Part shown: positions 39,838 through 48,819 of the stretch, in pieces | How positions within the stretch are numbered: position 1 is the first letter of the stretch | How the letters are laid out: each line of letters opens with the position of its first letter | IMG/VR virus record: IMGVR_UViG_3300042341_001047 | Reading direction: 5' to 3' (one strand) | Length of the DNA: 64,000 nucleotides | Origin: a virus | Program-made: the position numbers and the translations under genes | Notes under the pieces: model-generated | Seen by the model: only the letters and a program-made list of their open reading frames with translations | Database searches by the model: none | Told to the model about the DNA's origin: nothing

Positions 39838-40404
39838 TTAAATATTCATATACTCTTTTAACTTCAATAACATATAATCTGTTACTAAGTCAGATGTATT
39901 TAATGAAGAAAGATATTTAATATCAACTTTAACAGCCTTACTCATTTCCTCTTCTTTAGAACCATCACCTTTAGCAACTACTTCATGATAGTCTCTCTCA
40001 TTTAATGGTAGAATATAAGGATAATATTTGTTGGCTGATGCTTTATTAATAAAAAGTGGTCTCAAAGCTTCTAATTGATAATCTTCTCTTAAAACTATAC
40101 CAGCTTCTTCTTCTAATTCTCTTAGAAGAGCTTTATCAGGAGTTTCACCTTGTTCAATTCCACCACAAACTAAAGTAACATGGTATTCTTGACCATCAAC
40201 ATATTTAAATGTTGGAATATATTCATATCTTAAAACTATCTGATTAGTTTCAATCAAATATGGAATACAAACTACCGCATCTCTTTCTTTAAGAATTGAC
40301 CAATCCTCAAATTGAACTATTTGGAAATGTTCATCTTTATAAAGTACTTTTTCTTTAGAGTCGTCAAACTCGTCTTTTGGTTTTAATTTTGAAAATTTCT
40401 CCAC
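39838..40404 (-). CDS. Nudix hydrolase (ADP-ribose pyrophosphatase-like)
   Basis: GGIEQGETPDKALLRELEEEAG. Confidence 0.88.
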   Translation of the reverse strand: MEKFSKLKPKDEFDDSKEKVLYKDEHFQIVQFEDWSILKERDAVVCIPYLIETNQIVLRYEYIPTFKYVDGQEYHVTLVCGGIEQGETPDKALLRELEEEAGIVLREDYQLEALRPLFINKASANKYYPYILPLNERDYHEVVAKGDGSKEEEMSKAVKVDIKYLSSLNTSDLVTDYMLLKLKEYMNI

Positions 40405-40435
40405 GGTAATTTAATTGTTTTTCTTATATATTAAA

Positions 40436-41074
40436 TTAATATTTGTAGTTCTTAGTCGCCTTACGACATTTCAACTGACTTTTAACATTATTCAATTCAG
40501 ATGTTCCCATTTCAAGACGAGCACTCTTACGCTTCATAACTAAACCTTCAATCATATCGATTGGTGTTAGTTTATCAAATAAGTCTTTAAATCCATTTAA
40601 GTAAGATTTAACACGATAAACATTTGTTGTAATATTATAAAGGTAATCTTTTTCAGAATCGACTTGACCGTAAATATTATCCAATAACTGAACTCTTTCT
40701 TGAAAAGTCTTACCAACTAAATAGTCACCATCTAAAGCAAGAATGTCAAAAATAACAAACTTATGGTTGAATGGTTGTCTAGTTTCATCAGATTTGTTCT
40801 TATTCATATACTCACCATTAAGAACGGTCCATCCACCAGTACCTCGGTAGATGTCTTTTACTTCTTCATCACTTAAACGGAAGTTAGTTAGTCTTTGATT
40901 ATGACGATTCATAACTATTGATTTAACACCATTAGTGAAAATCAAACAATTAGAACCGTTAAGTTTTGGCTGAGCAATTAGGCTATCATCATCCCAGAAA
41001 TCTAGTTCACTATCAGGAATAGCATTCTTAGGTCTTGGTGGATAGATATATCGATATGTTATAAATTTAGACAT
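40436..41074 (-). CDS. ATP-dependent ligase adenylation-domain protein (no OB domain)
   Basis: QPKLNG, LNGEY, FDIL, EGLVMK, C-terminal LKCRK. Confidence 0.8.
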   Translation of the reverse strand: MSKFITYRYIYPPRPKNAIPDSELDFWDDDSLIAQPKLNGSNCLIFTNGVKSIVMNRHNQRLTNFRLSDEEVKDIYRGTGGWTVLNGEYMNKNKSDETRQPFNHKFVIFDILALDGDYLVGKTFQERVQLLDNIYGQVDSEKDYLYNITTNVYRVKSYLNGFKDLFDKLTPIDMIEGLVMKRKSARLEMGTSELNNVKSQLKCRKATKNYKY

Positions 41075-41093
41075 AACACAAAGATAATAAAAC

Positions 41094-41708
41094 TTATGAT
41101 AGTTGCCAAGACATTTGACCGAAAATTTGAGTTAAATCTTCATTATGTTTACGGGATGTTGAACTATAAACTTTTGTATTAATAGCCATATTCAACTTAT
41201 AATCCATTATTTCTAAAGGATTGTGAACTTTAAGTTTTTTCCCATTGAAGTCAAATATTATAAAAGAAGCATTATTATCATTATGAAAGAAATCAACTTT
41301 ATATTCTTTGTATTTAGGGAATAATTGTAATTTCTCGATACTAATTAAAGGTTTCTTTTTATATTTAAAATCAACATATCCTAATCTATTAGGTGTTGAA
41401 AATTCATCATCATATCCGTCTTTAGAATACTTAGAATATCGATTTTTATCATCAATAAGAATATCAATATCATTTGTATCTCTGTATATGAGACCAAGAA
41501 TATTTAGAGCTAATGAACCACTGATGATATCATTGGGAAATTCATCTGAAATAAAGTAAAGTAAATCTTTGTATTTCTCTTTCAAAGTAGGTTTGAAATC
41601 AATCTCACCATTGAGAACTTTCAGTTTATAATCTCTGAACTCTGTTTGTAACTCAGTAGGAGTTAAATAGTTGGTATGTACCGTACCTAAACGATATGAA
41701 TTTGCCAT
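41094..41708 (-). CDS. pol-beta superfamily nucleotidyltransferase-like protein with N-proximal tag
   Basis: ISGSLAL...DTNDIDILI, KVDFF; RDYKLKVL. Confidence 0.7.
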   Translation of the reverse strand: MANSYRLGTVHTNYLTPTELQTEFRDYKLKVLNGEIDFKPTLKEKYKDLLYFISDEFPNDIISGSLALNILGLIYRDTNDIDILIDDKNRYSKYSKDGYDDEFSTPNRLGYVDFKYKKKPLISIEKLQLFPKYKEYKVDFFHNDNNASFIIFDFNGKKLKVHNPLEIMDYKLNMAINTKVYSSTSRKHNEDLTQIFGQMSWQLS

Positions 41709-41722
41709 TAAAATAAAATTAG

Positions 41723-41793
41723 AGGTCGGGGGTAGTAACTAACTACCGTATCATCATTTGCAATGATGTACCTAAGATCTCGGTCACCCGACC
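41723..41793 (-). tRNA. tRNA-Cys(GCA), atypical T-loop, no encoded CCA
   Basis: GGTCGGG/CCCGACC acceptor, ACC/GGT D stem, CATCA-TTGCAAA-TGATG anticodon arm, GGTAG-TTAGTTA-CTACC T arm, U discriminator. Confidence 0.8.
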
Positions 41794-41801
41794 ATATAGT
41801 A

Positions 41802-41942
41802 TTAAGAGTTTATTTCCTCTTGTAGTTCCGACATCAATAATTGATATTGGTAATCTTGTGCCATTGAAATTAAATCAGAAAGTGAATTCACATCCATTTC
41901 TGGGTTTTCTAAATAATCATTAATAACTTGTGTAGCGTCCAT
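41802..41942 (-). CDS. small acidic protein (46 aa, MDATQVINDY...)
   Basis: ATG lies downstream of the TATATTTG element; the longer ORF call would span the promoter. Confidence 0.55.
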   Translation of the reverse strand: MDATQVINDYLENPEMDVNSLSDLISMAQDYQYQLLMSELQEEINS

Positions 41943-41970
41943 ATCTTTTATATTTATACAAATATAGTAA

Positions 41971-42366
41971 TTATTTTCTAGATTCCAAAATATCACCAAT
42001 AGTTGTTTTAGAATAACCTATCATTTTTTCAACCCCTAAGATATGATTAATTCTTTTTTGTCTTAAAACATCTTTTGGATAAACAGAGTTTAAATCAATC
42101 AACCGACCAGTTGAATAAGTATGCTTAGTTACTCTGATACCTCTTTTACTCACATACTCAACATATTTTGGTTGAAATTCTTCTGGTAGGTATTCATAAC
42201 CAACACATTCATATCCATTACAATAATATCTACCACAATCACAATTCCAATAATAGTAATCATCATCGTAATCATCATCCCAATAACCCCAATAGTAATC
42301 ACTACCAAGTTCAGCCTTGGTTATTATCTTATCAAGAATTTCTGTTCTATTTTTTCTCAGTGCCAT
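41971..42366 (-). CDS. tagged hypothetical protein with D/Y/W-rich segment
   Basis: RQKRINHIL near the C-terminus. Confidence 0.6.
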   Translation of the reverse strand: MALRKNRTEILDKIITKAELGSDYYWGYWDDDYDDDYYYWNCDCGRYYCNGYECVGYEYLPEEFQPKYVEYVSKRGIRVTKHTYSTGRLIDLNSVYPKDVLRQKRINHILGVEKMIGYSKTTIGDILESRK

Positions 42367-42754
42367 TTATTAATTCGCTTAATCTCCAATCCCTGATGTT
42401 GATTTTGAAATCATCAAAAGAATGAGAATTTGACATTATATCTATTCTTGTATTTATTTCTTTTATTAAGTCACTTATTTCCATATCTCTATTTCTACAT
42501 TGACCATCATAAACACATTCAATACTTGTTTTATTAGAAGCTAATATCCACATAGTAATATTTGAGTAAATATCAAACATTCGTTTTACTTGTGCTAAAT
42601 ACTCTTCAGCAGATTGTCTAGACTTACCAGATACATCAACATGAACGGTAAAGATAGGATTATTTAAATTTAGTTCAATTTTTTCTGGAGCAACACCATA
42701 TGAGTGAGTAAATGGATTGTTATTTATAGCATTTTGAAGATTTTGAAAAGACAT
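42347..42754 (-). CDS. tagged mini-protein carrying a portal-like fragment
   Basis: APE...IFTVHVDVSGKSRQSAEEYLAQVK; RDWRLSELI. Confidence 0.6.
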   Translation of the reverse strand: MSFQNLQNAINNNPFTHSYGVAPEKIELNLNNPIFTVHVDVSGKSRQSAEEYLAQVKRMFDIYSNITMWILASNKTSIECVYDGQCRNRDMEISDLIKEINTRIDIMSNSHSFDDFKINIRDWRLSELINGTEKK

Positions 42755-42788
42755 AATAATAAATTTTTATTTATTATATCTACTTTAC

Positions 42789-43268
42789 TTAAAATGTTTC
42801 TAATACAGAAGCTGTCTTGTGGAAGATTTTATCTTTAGCTTGTTCTTTATCTAAAAATCCAGCCCAATCAATCTCTTCAATTTGAAGTCTTTCTTTTGGA
42901 ATAACTTCCGAATCTAAACCAATTTCAGAGACATCATTTATATGAACCGTATATAAAGTTATACTTTTATACTTTATGCCTTTCTTATTTTCATAAAAAA
43001 CAACAATAGGATTTTTAATATCTAATATTTGACTCTTACTAATTATAACTGAGGTTTCTTCTTTTAATTCACGAAGAGCAGCATCTAAAGTAGATTCACC
43101 TTCTTCTATACCACCTTTTGGAAATGAATAAGTTCCGAACCAACGAGAATTGGATGGATGACAAAGTAAAACTTTCTCACCTTTTAATATAATTACAACA
43201 CCGGCTGATTTCTTCATCTTGCTATCAAAAGGATCAAACTCAAAGAATTTATTGATTCTACTTAACAT
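42789..43268 (-). CDS. Nudix hydrolase
   Basis: SAGVVI, FPKGGIEEGESTLDAALRELKEET, EEID. Confidence 0.88.
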   Translation of the reverse strand: MLSRINKFFEFDPFDSKMKKSAGVVIILKGEKVLLCHPSNSRWFGTYSFPKGGIEEGESTLDAALRELKEETSVIISKSQILDIKNPIVVFYENKKGIKYKSITLYTVHINDVSEIGLDSEVIPKERLQIEEIDWAGFLDKEQAKDKIFHKTASVLETF

Positions 43269-43750
43269 TATTTCATGTGTCTCACATCTTTATGTGATGA
43301 TTTAGGATTATTACTATGTGACCACAATCTAGCAAATGGAGTTTGAAAGAAATCATTATAGATTAGTGTATCATCTATATGAAGTGATATATTTTGCTCT
43401 TTACAATATTTAGCTTTAACATTATCCCAAACACCGTCTTCAAACTTCTTTTGAATAGTACCATCTGGAAACTGAATCTCTCCAGTTATGGTAGATCCTG
43501 TCTCAATTAAATAATCATATACTGAAAATTTATGTGTCCACTTGATACCAAAATCATTTAATTGTTTTTCAAAATCTTCATTCCAATGACCACCTGTTAT
43601 AAGGTGAACTTCACCACCATTCTTAACAAATGAATCAGTTAAGAATGAGAAAAAATCCGGCATTGAATCTACAACACCATGTATATCTAAACCTAGTTTA
43701 AATGTACCTGTACTAACTTCTTCATTAATCATTTCACTGAATTTTAACAT
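43268..43750 (-). CDS. HAD-like protein with head leader
   Basis: GLDIHGVVD, LITG, KAKYC, LHIDD. Confidence 0.7.
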   Translation of the reverse strand: MLKFSEMINEEVSTGTFKLGLDIHGVVDSMPDFFSFLTDSFVKNGGEVHLITGGHWNEDFEKQLNDFGIKWTHKFSVYDYLIETGSTITGEIQFPDGTIQKKFEDGVWDNVKAKYCKEQNISLHIDDTLIYNDFFQTPFARLWSHSNNPKSSHKDVRHMK

Positions 43751-43772
43751 AAACTATATATAAAATTTATTT

Positions 43773-44171
43773 CTACAATAAATTTCGCCAACCCCCTCTT
43801 TCAACCGGAATTACTTTACAAAGATAATCATTTTGAGAAAAAACAGCATTACAATAATAAATTTCTTCTTCTGAATTTTCAAAATGCATATCGATTTTAA
43901 GTCTCATTAAATGAGAAAACTTCCATTCTCTATTTGTGAAGTTAATATCAGTTATTCCAAGTTTATTAGCCAACTCATAAACAACAACGTGTTCATTTTT
44001 TATTCCAAGATTTTTATTTTTTTCATCATATCTTCTTGTAACTATACAAACATCATGTCCTTCTTCAATATATTTTTTTGCTAATTGTTGTATTTCCTCT
44101 TTTTGATGATTGATAATCTTTCCACCAAATTCATCATCTAAAGTCCCATCAAAATCAAAACTTATTCTCAT
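43773..44171 (-). CDS. HAD-superfamily phosphatase-like protein
   Basis: ISFDFDGTL, IVTRR, K, HFEN. Confidence 0.75.
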   Translation of the reverse strand: MRISFDFDGTLDDEFGGKIINHQKEEIQQLAKKYIEEGHDVCIVTRRYDEKNKNLGIKNEHVVVYELANKLGITDINFTNREWKFSHLMRLKIDMHFENSEEEIYYCNAVFSQNDYLCKVIPVERGGWRNLL

Positions 44172-44173
44172 TT

Positions 44174-44794
44174 TTATTTATTAAAAGTTTTTTCATAAAC
44201 ATTCCTAATGGCTTTTATACCATTTGGTTGAATCTCTCTTGTTCCTATACCCGCAAAATTTTGAGAAGTTATAGAAGGAACATCTTTCATTTCAACAAAT
44301 TGAAGAGTTGAGTAAGACCATCTAAACCACTTATCTCTAACTTGATCAAATACAAATACTTCTTTTTTATTATTTATACCCATCATTACTGCATATCCGG
44401 TACCACCATCGACAATATCAAATTCACCTTTATTGTAATATCCTTTTGAATTTTTGTGACCAGATTTAATAATTGTGCTAATTGCAAATATTTGATCCGA
44501 GTATTTCACTTGAGACCAATTACGAGCTAGCAAATTCATATACTTATGAATTCCATATCTATTTAGAAACTTATTTGCTTTATTAACTTCAATAACACCT
44601 TCATTATAATCATCATCTGAAATTTCAACTTTATTAGGTGATGTGTGTTTAGGTGTTTTATGAGAGTAGGCTCTGGTAGTAACATCATAGGTAACTCCTT
44701 CGTTTTCCCAGACGGTATCCGCTCCGACTGCACCACCAGAATGACAAACTACTTTTGTCAAGTCAATGGGTTTTTTATCAAAAATATCAATCAT
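44174..44794 (-). CDS. SLOG-superfamily protein
   Basis: HSGGAVGAD, VDGGTGYAV, FAGIGTR. Confidence 0.7.
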   Translation of the reverse strand: MIDIFDKKPIDLTKVVCHSGGAVGADTVWENEGVTYDVTTRAYSHKTPKHTSPNKVEISDDDYNEGVIEVNKANKFLNRYGIHKYMNLLARNWSQVKYSDQIFAISTIIKSGHKNSKGYYNKGEFDIVDGGTGYAVMMGINNKKEVFVFDQVRDKWFRWSYSTLQFVEMKDVPSITSQNFAGIGTREIQPNGIKAIRNVYEKTFNK

Positions 44795-45041
44795 TTAGTA
44801 TTTTGTTTATTAAAAATTCTCTCTTTATCGATAAATCCTTTTCAAAAAATAGATTTATCGAATTTTCTCCACTAAAAGAGCTATAGATATTCAATTTATA
44901 TTTACAATCTTGATAATGTTTATCTAAGTATTTAATTATTAAATATCTAGCATCATCTATATTGGTTACTTTATCACTATACGGAACATCAAAACTCTCC
45001 ACTAAGTTTTTATTAGTTTCTAAATAAATATTTATCATCAT
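44787..45041 (-). CDS. tagged hypothetical protein
   Basis: C-terminal KREFLINKIL. Confidence 0.6.
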   Translation of the reverse strand: MMINIYLETNKNLVESFDVPYSDKVTNIDDARYLIIKYLDKHYQDCKYKLNIYSSFSGENSINLFFEKDLSIKREFLINKILND

Positions 45042-45904
45042 AGTTTTACCTCCATACCTTGAGTGTTCCAGATGGCCAATGCACCATCCATCCTAAAATA
45101 CAGGTCTCTTATATCAATCGGTTCATTAAAAATGTATTTTTTAAGACAAAGAAAAAATCTATTTCCATTACAACCAACCATTTCTTTATGTAAGATATTA
45201 TTACCTACATCAATATAAGAATTAATTCTAAAATTCTCAACTCTTTCTACCGTAAATATCTTAGTACTAAATACTAAATCGATTGTATCCAATATTTCTT
45301 TAATCTCTGAGAAATCATTAAATGAATAAATCACTTCATCGTTTTTAATACAAGCAATTTTTAATCCTAAATGATTATATTTATTTATAACATCTTCAAT
45401 AATAACACGTTGTGCTTTACCCTGTCTCTTTGGATTAATATTACCGAATATATATTGTCGGAATTGTTTAGAGTGGTTAAAAATCTCAGGGAAATCAAAT
45501 TTTGATAAGAAATCTTCATATGAGTTTCCCAATTCATTTAGGAAATCAGGATCATATTTTTTAAGAACCTTCCAGTTTGCTTTTTTAATATCTATAGATA
45601 TATACTTACAATCTTCTGAATATTCAAAGTTTTTAGTAACTGGATAATCAGGTATTAAATTATCATCTTGAAGCTCATTATAAGCTCTTGTATTTTTGAG
45701 AAAATCAATTATCTGATTTGATTTTTCAATTCTATATTCATAAAGATCACCATACTTTTCTTCAGCTTCTTCATAAAGTCTAATTAACTCTTTAATATTT
45801 TTCCACTTCTCCAACTTAGAGAATTGTTCTATATAATAGTCAAAGTGTTCGTATTCGGGAACACTTATGTCCATTAATTTACAAAATCCTTTTACGTCTT
45901 TCAT
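45038..45904 (-). CDS. hypothetical protein (weak polymerase-palm-like motifs)
   Basis: ISIDIKKAN and IKNDEV. Confidence 0.55.
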   Translation of the reverse strand: MKDVKGFCKLMDISVPEYEHFDYYIEQFSKLEKWKNIKELIRLYEEAEEKYGDLYEYRIEKSNQIIDFLKNTRAYNELQDDNLIPDYPVTKNFEYSEDCKYISIDIKKANWKVLKKYDPDFLNELGNSYEDFLSKFDFPEIFNHSKQFRQYIFGNINPKRQGKAQRVIIEDVINKYNHLGLKIACIKNDEVIYSFNDFSEIKEILDTIDLVFSTKIFTVERVENFRINSYIDVGNNILHKEMVGCNGNRFFLCLKKYIFNEPIDIRDLYFRMDGALAIWNTQGMEVKL

Positions 45905-45905
45905 A

Positions 45906-46235
45906 TTAGTTTAATACCTGTTTTATTTTTTCGTCTCTTTGATAAGCTTTATAATCTTCTCCTTCCGTGATAAAATATTCTGACATTTCTTGTTCAGTAA
46001 AATAATACCACTTTATTCTCTCACTATATGGTAAATTCCACCAATCTTTTCTACCAGAATGATATCCATGTTGATCATCTTCAACACAAAAACCATATCC
46101 TTTTCTACCATTAACTTCTGGATCAGCATTAAATTCTAAATTACCTCTTCCTTTGATATCATAATGACTACCAACTTTAATAGTTTTGTATTCTTTGACA
46201 CAAACAACTCTTTGACAATCCCATCTATCTTCCAT
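45906..46235 (-). CDS. tagged hypothetical protein
   Basis: C-terminal RDEKIKQVL. Confidence 0.65.
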   Translation of the reverse strand: MEDRWDCQRVVCVKEYKTIKVGSHYDIKGRGNLEFNADPEVNGRKGYGFCVEDDQHGYHSGRKDWWNLPYSERIKWYYFTEQEMSEYFITEGEDYKAYQRDEKIKQVLN

Positions 46236-46392
46236 CGAATAGTTTTTTAATTTTATATTTTCTAGCTTTTATAACATTAACTCTACATCTTAACTTGGAT
46301 AACTCTGAGTAAACATCAGTTACATTCATAGCACCGTAGCTCGAGTTCAAAATCATCTTGTAATAAGCTAATTTACTTTCTAATTCTCTCAT
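46225..46392 (-). CDS. unlisted 55-aa tagged mini-protein carrying the family B DNA polymerase motif
   Basis: Manual translation MRELESKLAYYKMILNSSYGAMNVTDVYSELSKLRCRVNVIKARKYKIKKLFDGR; overlaps both neighbours (ATGA coupling upstream). Confidence 0.75.
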   Translation of the reverse strand: MRELESKLAYYKMILNSSYGAMNVTDVYSELSKLRCRVNVIKARKYKIKKLFDGR

Positions 46393-46994
46393 AAATCTCC
46401 GTGATGGTCAATTTTTTCCATAGTTCTCTTTGACATTATATTAGTAATATCACCTATGTTAAAAGGTCGATATTCACCAAACATTTTATAAGCAACATCA
46501 ACTCCAACGTCCATAGAACGACCAAAGTCTGGGATAGAACCGTGTGAGTGACCATAAAGATGTATAACACCTTTGTGACTACCTAACCAAACTCGATGTG
46601 AGTAGTGAGAAAGGAATAGTTTTGTTTTACCAATATCTAAAGTTAAAACATCTTGAACTGATGAAAAAAGTTCAATTGGGTTAAATGATGTATCGTGATA
46701 TTTTATTTCTTTGTCTACTATGTGTTGGTCATGATTTCCTAAAATAAGATGTACATTTTTACAAACAATGTAGTTTCTAAATTGAAGTATGTTATGAACT
46801 CCACCGAAACTCCAATCACCTAAGTGATAAAGAATATCATCTTCTTTAACATATTTGTTGATACCATCAACAAGTGCCATATTCATTTCATGTACAGAGT
46901 TAAAATCTCTATATCCTGAAGACCAGTTCGATATTTTGGGACCAGCTATGTTAGTGTGTCCAAAGTGTGTGTCTGATGTAAACCATATATTCAT
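46389..46994 (-). CDS. calcineurin-like metallophosphoesterase
   Basis: SDTHFGH, HLGDW, GNHD, LSHY, GHSH. Confidence 0.9.
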   Translation of the reverse strand: MNIWFTSDTHFGHTNIAGPKISNWSSGYRDFNSVHEMNMALVDGINKYVKEDDILYHLGDWSFGGVHNILQFRNYIVCKNVHLILGNHDQHIVDKEIKYHDTSFNPIELFSSVQDVLTLDIGKTKLFLSHYSHRVWLGSHKGVIHLYGHSHGSIPDFGRSMDVGVDVAYKMFGEYRPFNIGDITNIMSKRTMEKIDHHGDL

Positions 46995-47063
46995 AATACA
47001 AATATAAGGATTTAAAATAAAAAAACCACTCTATTGAATGGTTTTCTAATTTTTTTCAGATTT

Positions 47064-47828
47064 TTATTTTTTGACTTCTTTCCAAAAGTGCTTTTGTCCA
47101 GGTTCTTCTTGAATTTTCCCATCTTTAAATGCAAACTTTTTCAAACCACCAACTGGTATTTTATATGAATCGGACTGATTAGGTGGGGTAGGTGGAGTAT
47201 CAGTAGAATCTTTGAATCTACCAGTAAACTTATCATTTTCAGGTCTATAATAACCAACAGCCGCACTATCAGTACCATCATATCCAAAAAATTCAAGAAT
47301 CTTAGTTAATAACCAACTAACCACAAACGATCCTATCCAATATAAAGCAGCAATAGAACCACTACCATCTGTCATAAATAATCCTGTAACAAATGCCGGT
47401 AATCCAAACCAACCAGCAATATTCAATCCGAATAAATATTTAAGAGTTGCCAATATTTTTACTATAATGTTTTCACCTTCTACTGTATGCCACTCATCAC
47501 TTTGACTCTCTTTAACAGGACTTAGTTTAAGAGCCTCTATCATTTTAGAAACATTTTTTGAATCTAACTCTGGAGTAATTGTTCCAAAATTTTTCATCAT
47601 AAAGTCATATATTTTCTTTAATGATTCTTTACTTGGTTTTATAGAATTCAAAATATCATGACCTTTATCTTCTAACCATTTCTCAACAGGTTTAACCATT
47701 GTGTTTTTTATTTCATTATAGATTGATTTATAAACATCAGCTGCTCCAGCGATTGGATCAACTGGCATAAACATCATGTCCATAGTTTCATTTACATTGA
47801 AAGATTCAAATTTTTTAATATATTTCAT
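47064..47828 (-). CDS. head-leader protein with transmembrane segments
   Basis: MKYIKKFESFNVNE; hydrophobic hairpin in the C-terminal half. Confidence 0.6.
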   Translation of the reverse strand: MKYIKKFESFNVNETMDMMFMPVDPIAGAADVYKSIYNEIKNTMVKPVEKWLEDKGHDILNSIKPSKESLKKIYDFMMKNFGTITPELDSKNVSKMIEALKLSPVKESQSDEWHTVEGENIIVKILATLKYLFGLNIAGWFGLPAFVTGLFMTDGSGSIAALYWIGSFVVSWLLTKILEFFGYDGTDSAAVGYYRPENDKFTGRFKDSTDTPPTPPNQSDSYKIPVGGLKKFAFKDGKIQEEPGQKHFWKEVKK

Positions 47829-47929
47829 AATATAAGTAATTTTTTATAACATATATATTATTTTTCTAAATATATTTTTCATCAAACTATCATTTTTTAG
47901 ATATATAAACTATAAAAAAATCGTATTTA

Positions 47930-48802
47930 ATGAAAAATCTATCATCTCAAGTTGGTCAAACTCCACTAATTCAAATATCAGAAAGAATCTTTGCAAAATT
48001 CGAAGGTCAAAATCCAAGTGGATCCATAAAAGATAGAATGGCATCTTTTATAATCAATGATGCTGAAAAAAACAATCTTATTAAAAAAGGTGATACAATT
48101 ATTGAAGCAACATCAGGAAACTCTGGAATTGCTTTTGCTTTCTTAGCAGCAGAAAGAGGTTATAAATGTATTATTATTATGCCTTCTAATATGAGCGAAG
48201 AACGAAAACAAATGTTAAGAATTTATGGAGCTGAACTTATTGAAGTTCCTGATGGTAAATTTGATGATGCGATTGCTTTAAGAGATAAAATGGCTAAAGA
48301 AAATGGATACTTTAACCCTAATCAATTTCATAACCCTCTAAATATACAAGCTCATTATGAAGGAACGGGTGTTGAGATTCTACACCAACACACAGAGAAA
48401 ATTGCTGCTTTTGTTGATGGAACAGGAACTGGAGGTACTCTTATGGGTATCTCTCGTCTTTTAAAGATGTATCATCCATGGATGAAAGTTGTTGCTGTTG
48501 AGCCAGCAGAATCTCCAGTTATGTCAGGTGGTCAACCAGGAATTCACGGAATTCAAGGAATTGGCGATGGTTCTAAATTCTTAGTTAATCTAAAAGAAGT
48601 TGATGATATTATGATTATATCAACTGAAGAAGCTAAAGAAAGAGCTAGAAGACTAGCTAAAGAACAAGGTTTATTTGTTGGTATCAGTTCGGGAGCTAAC
48701 ATTTTAGCATCAGAAAGGTTATTAGAAAAGTACCCGGATATGGAAGGTAATATCATTACTATATTATGTGATAGAGGAGAAAGATATCTTTCTTGTTTAT
48801 AA
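47930..48802 (+). CDS. cysK: cysteine synthase (PLP-dependent)
   Basis: GQTPL, NPSGSIKDR, EATSGNSG, GTGTGGT, HGIQGIG, GISSGAN, DRGERYLS. Confidence 0.93.
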   Translation: MKNLSSQVGQTPLIQISERIFAKFEGQNPSGSIKDRMASFIINDAEKNNLIKKGDTIIEATSGNSGIAFAFLAAERGYKCIIIMPSNMSEERKQMLRIYGAELIEVPDGKFDDAIALRDKMAKENGYFNPNQFHNPLNIQAHYEGTGVEILHQHTEKIAAFVDGTGTGGTLMGISRLLKMYHPWMKVVAVEPAESPVMSGGQPGIHGIQGIGDGSKFLVNLKEVDDIMIISTEEAKERARRLAKEQGLFVGISSGANILASERLLEKYPDMEGNIITILCDRGERYLSCL

Positions 48803-48819
48803 AAATAATATATAGTTTA

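Noticed and set aside
45038-45904. DNA polymerase call
   Set aside because: Only two short acidic motifs; insufficient without a profile search.
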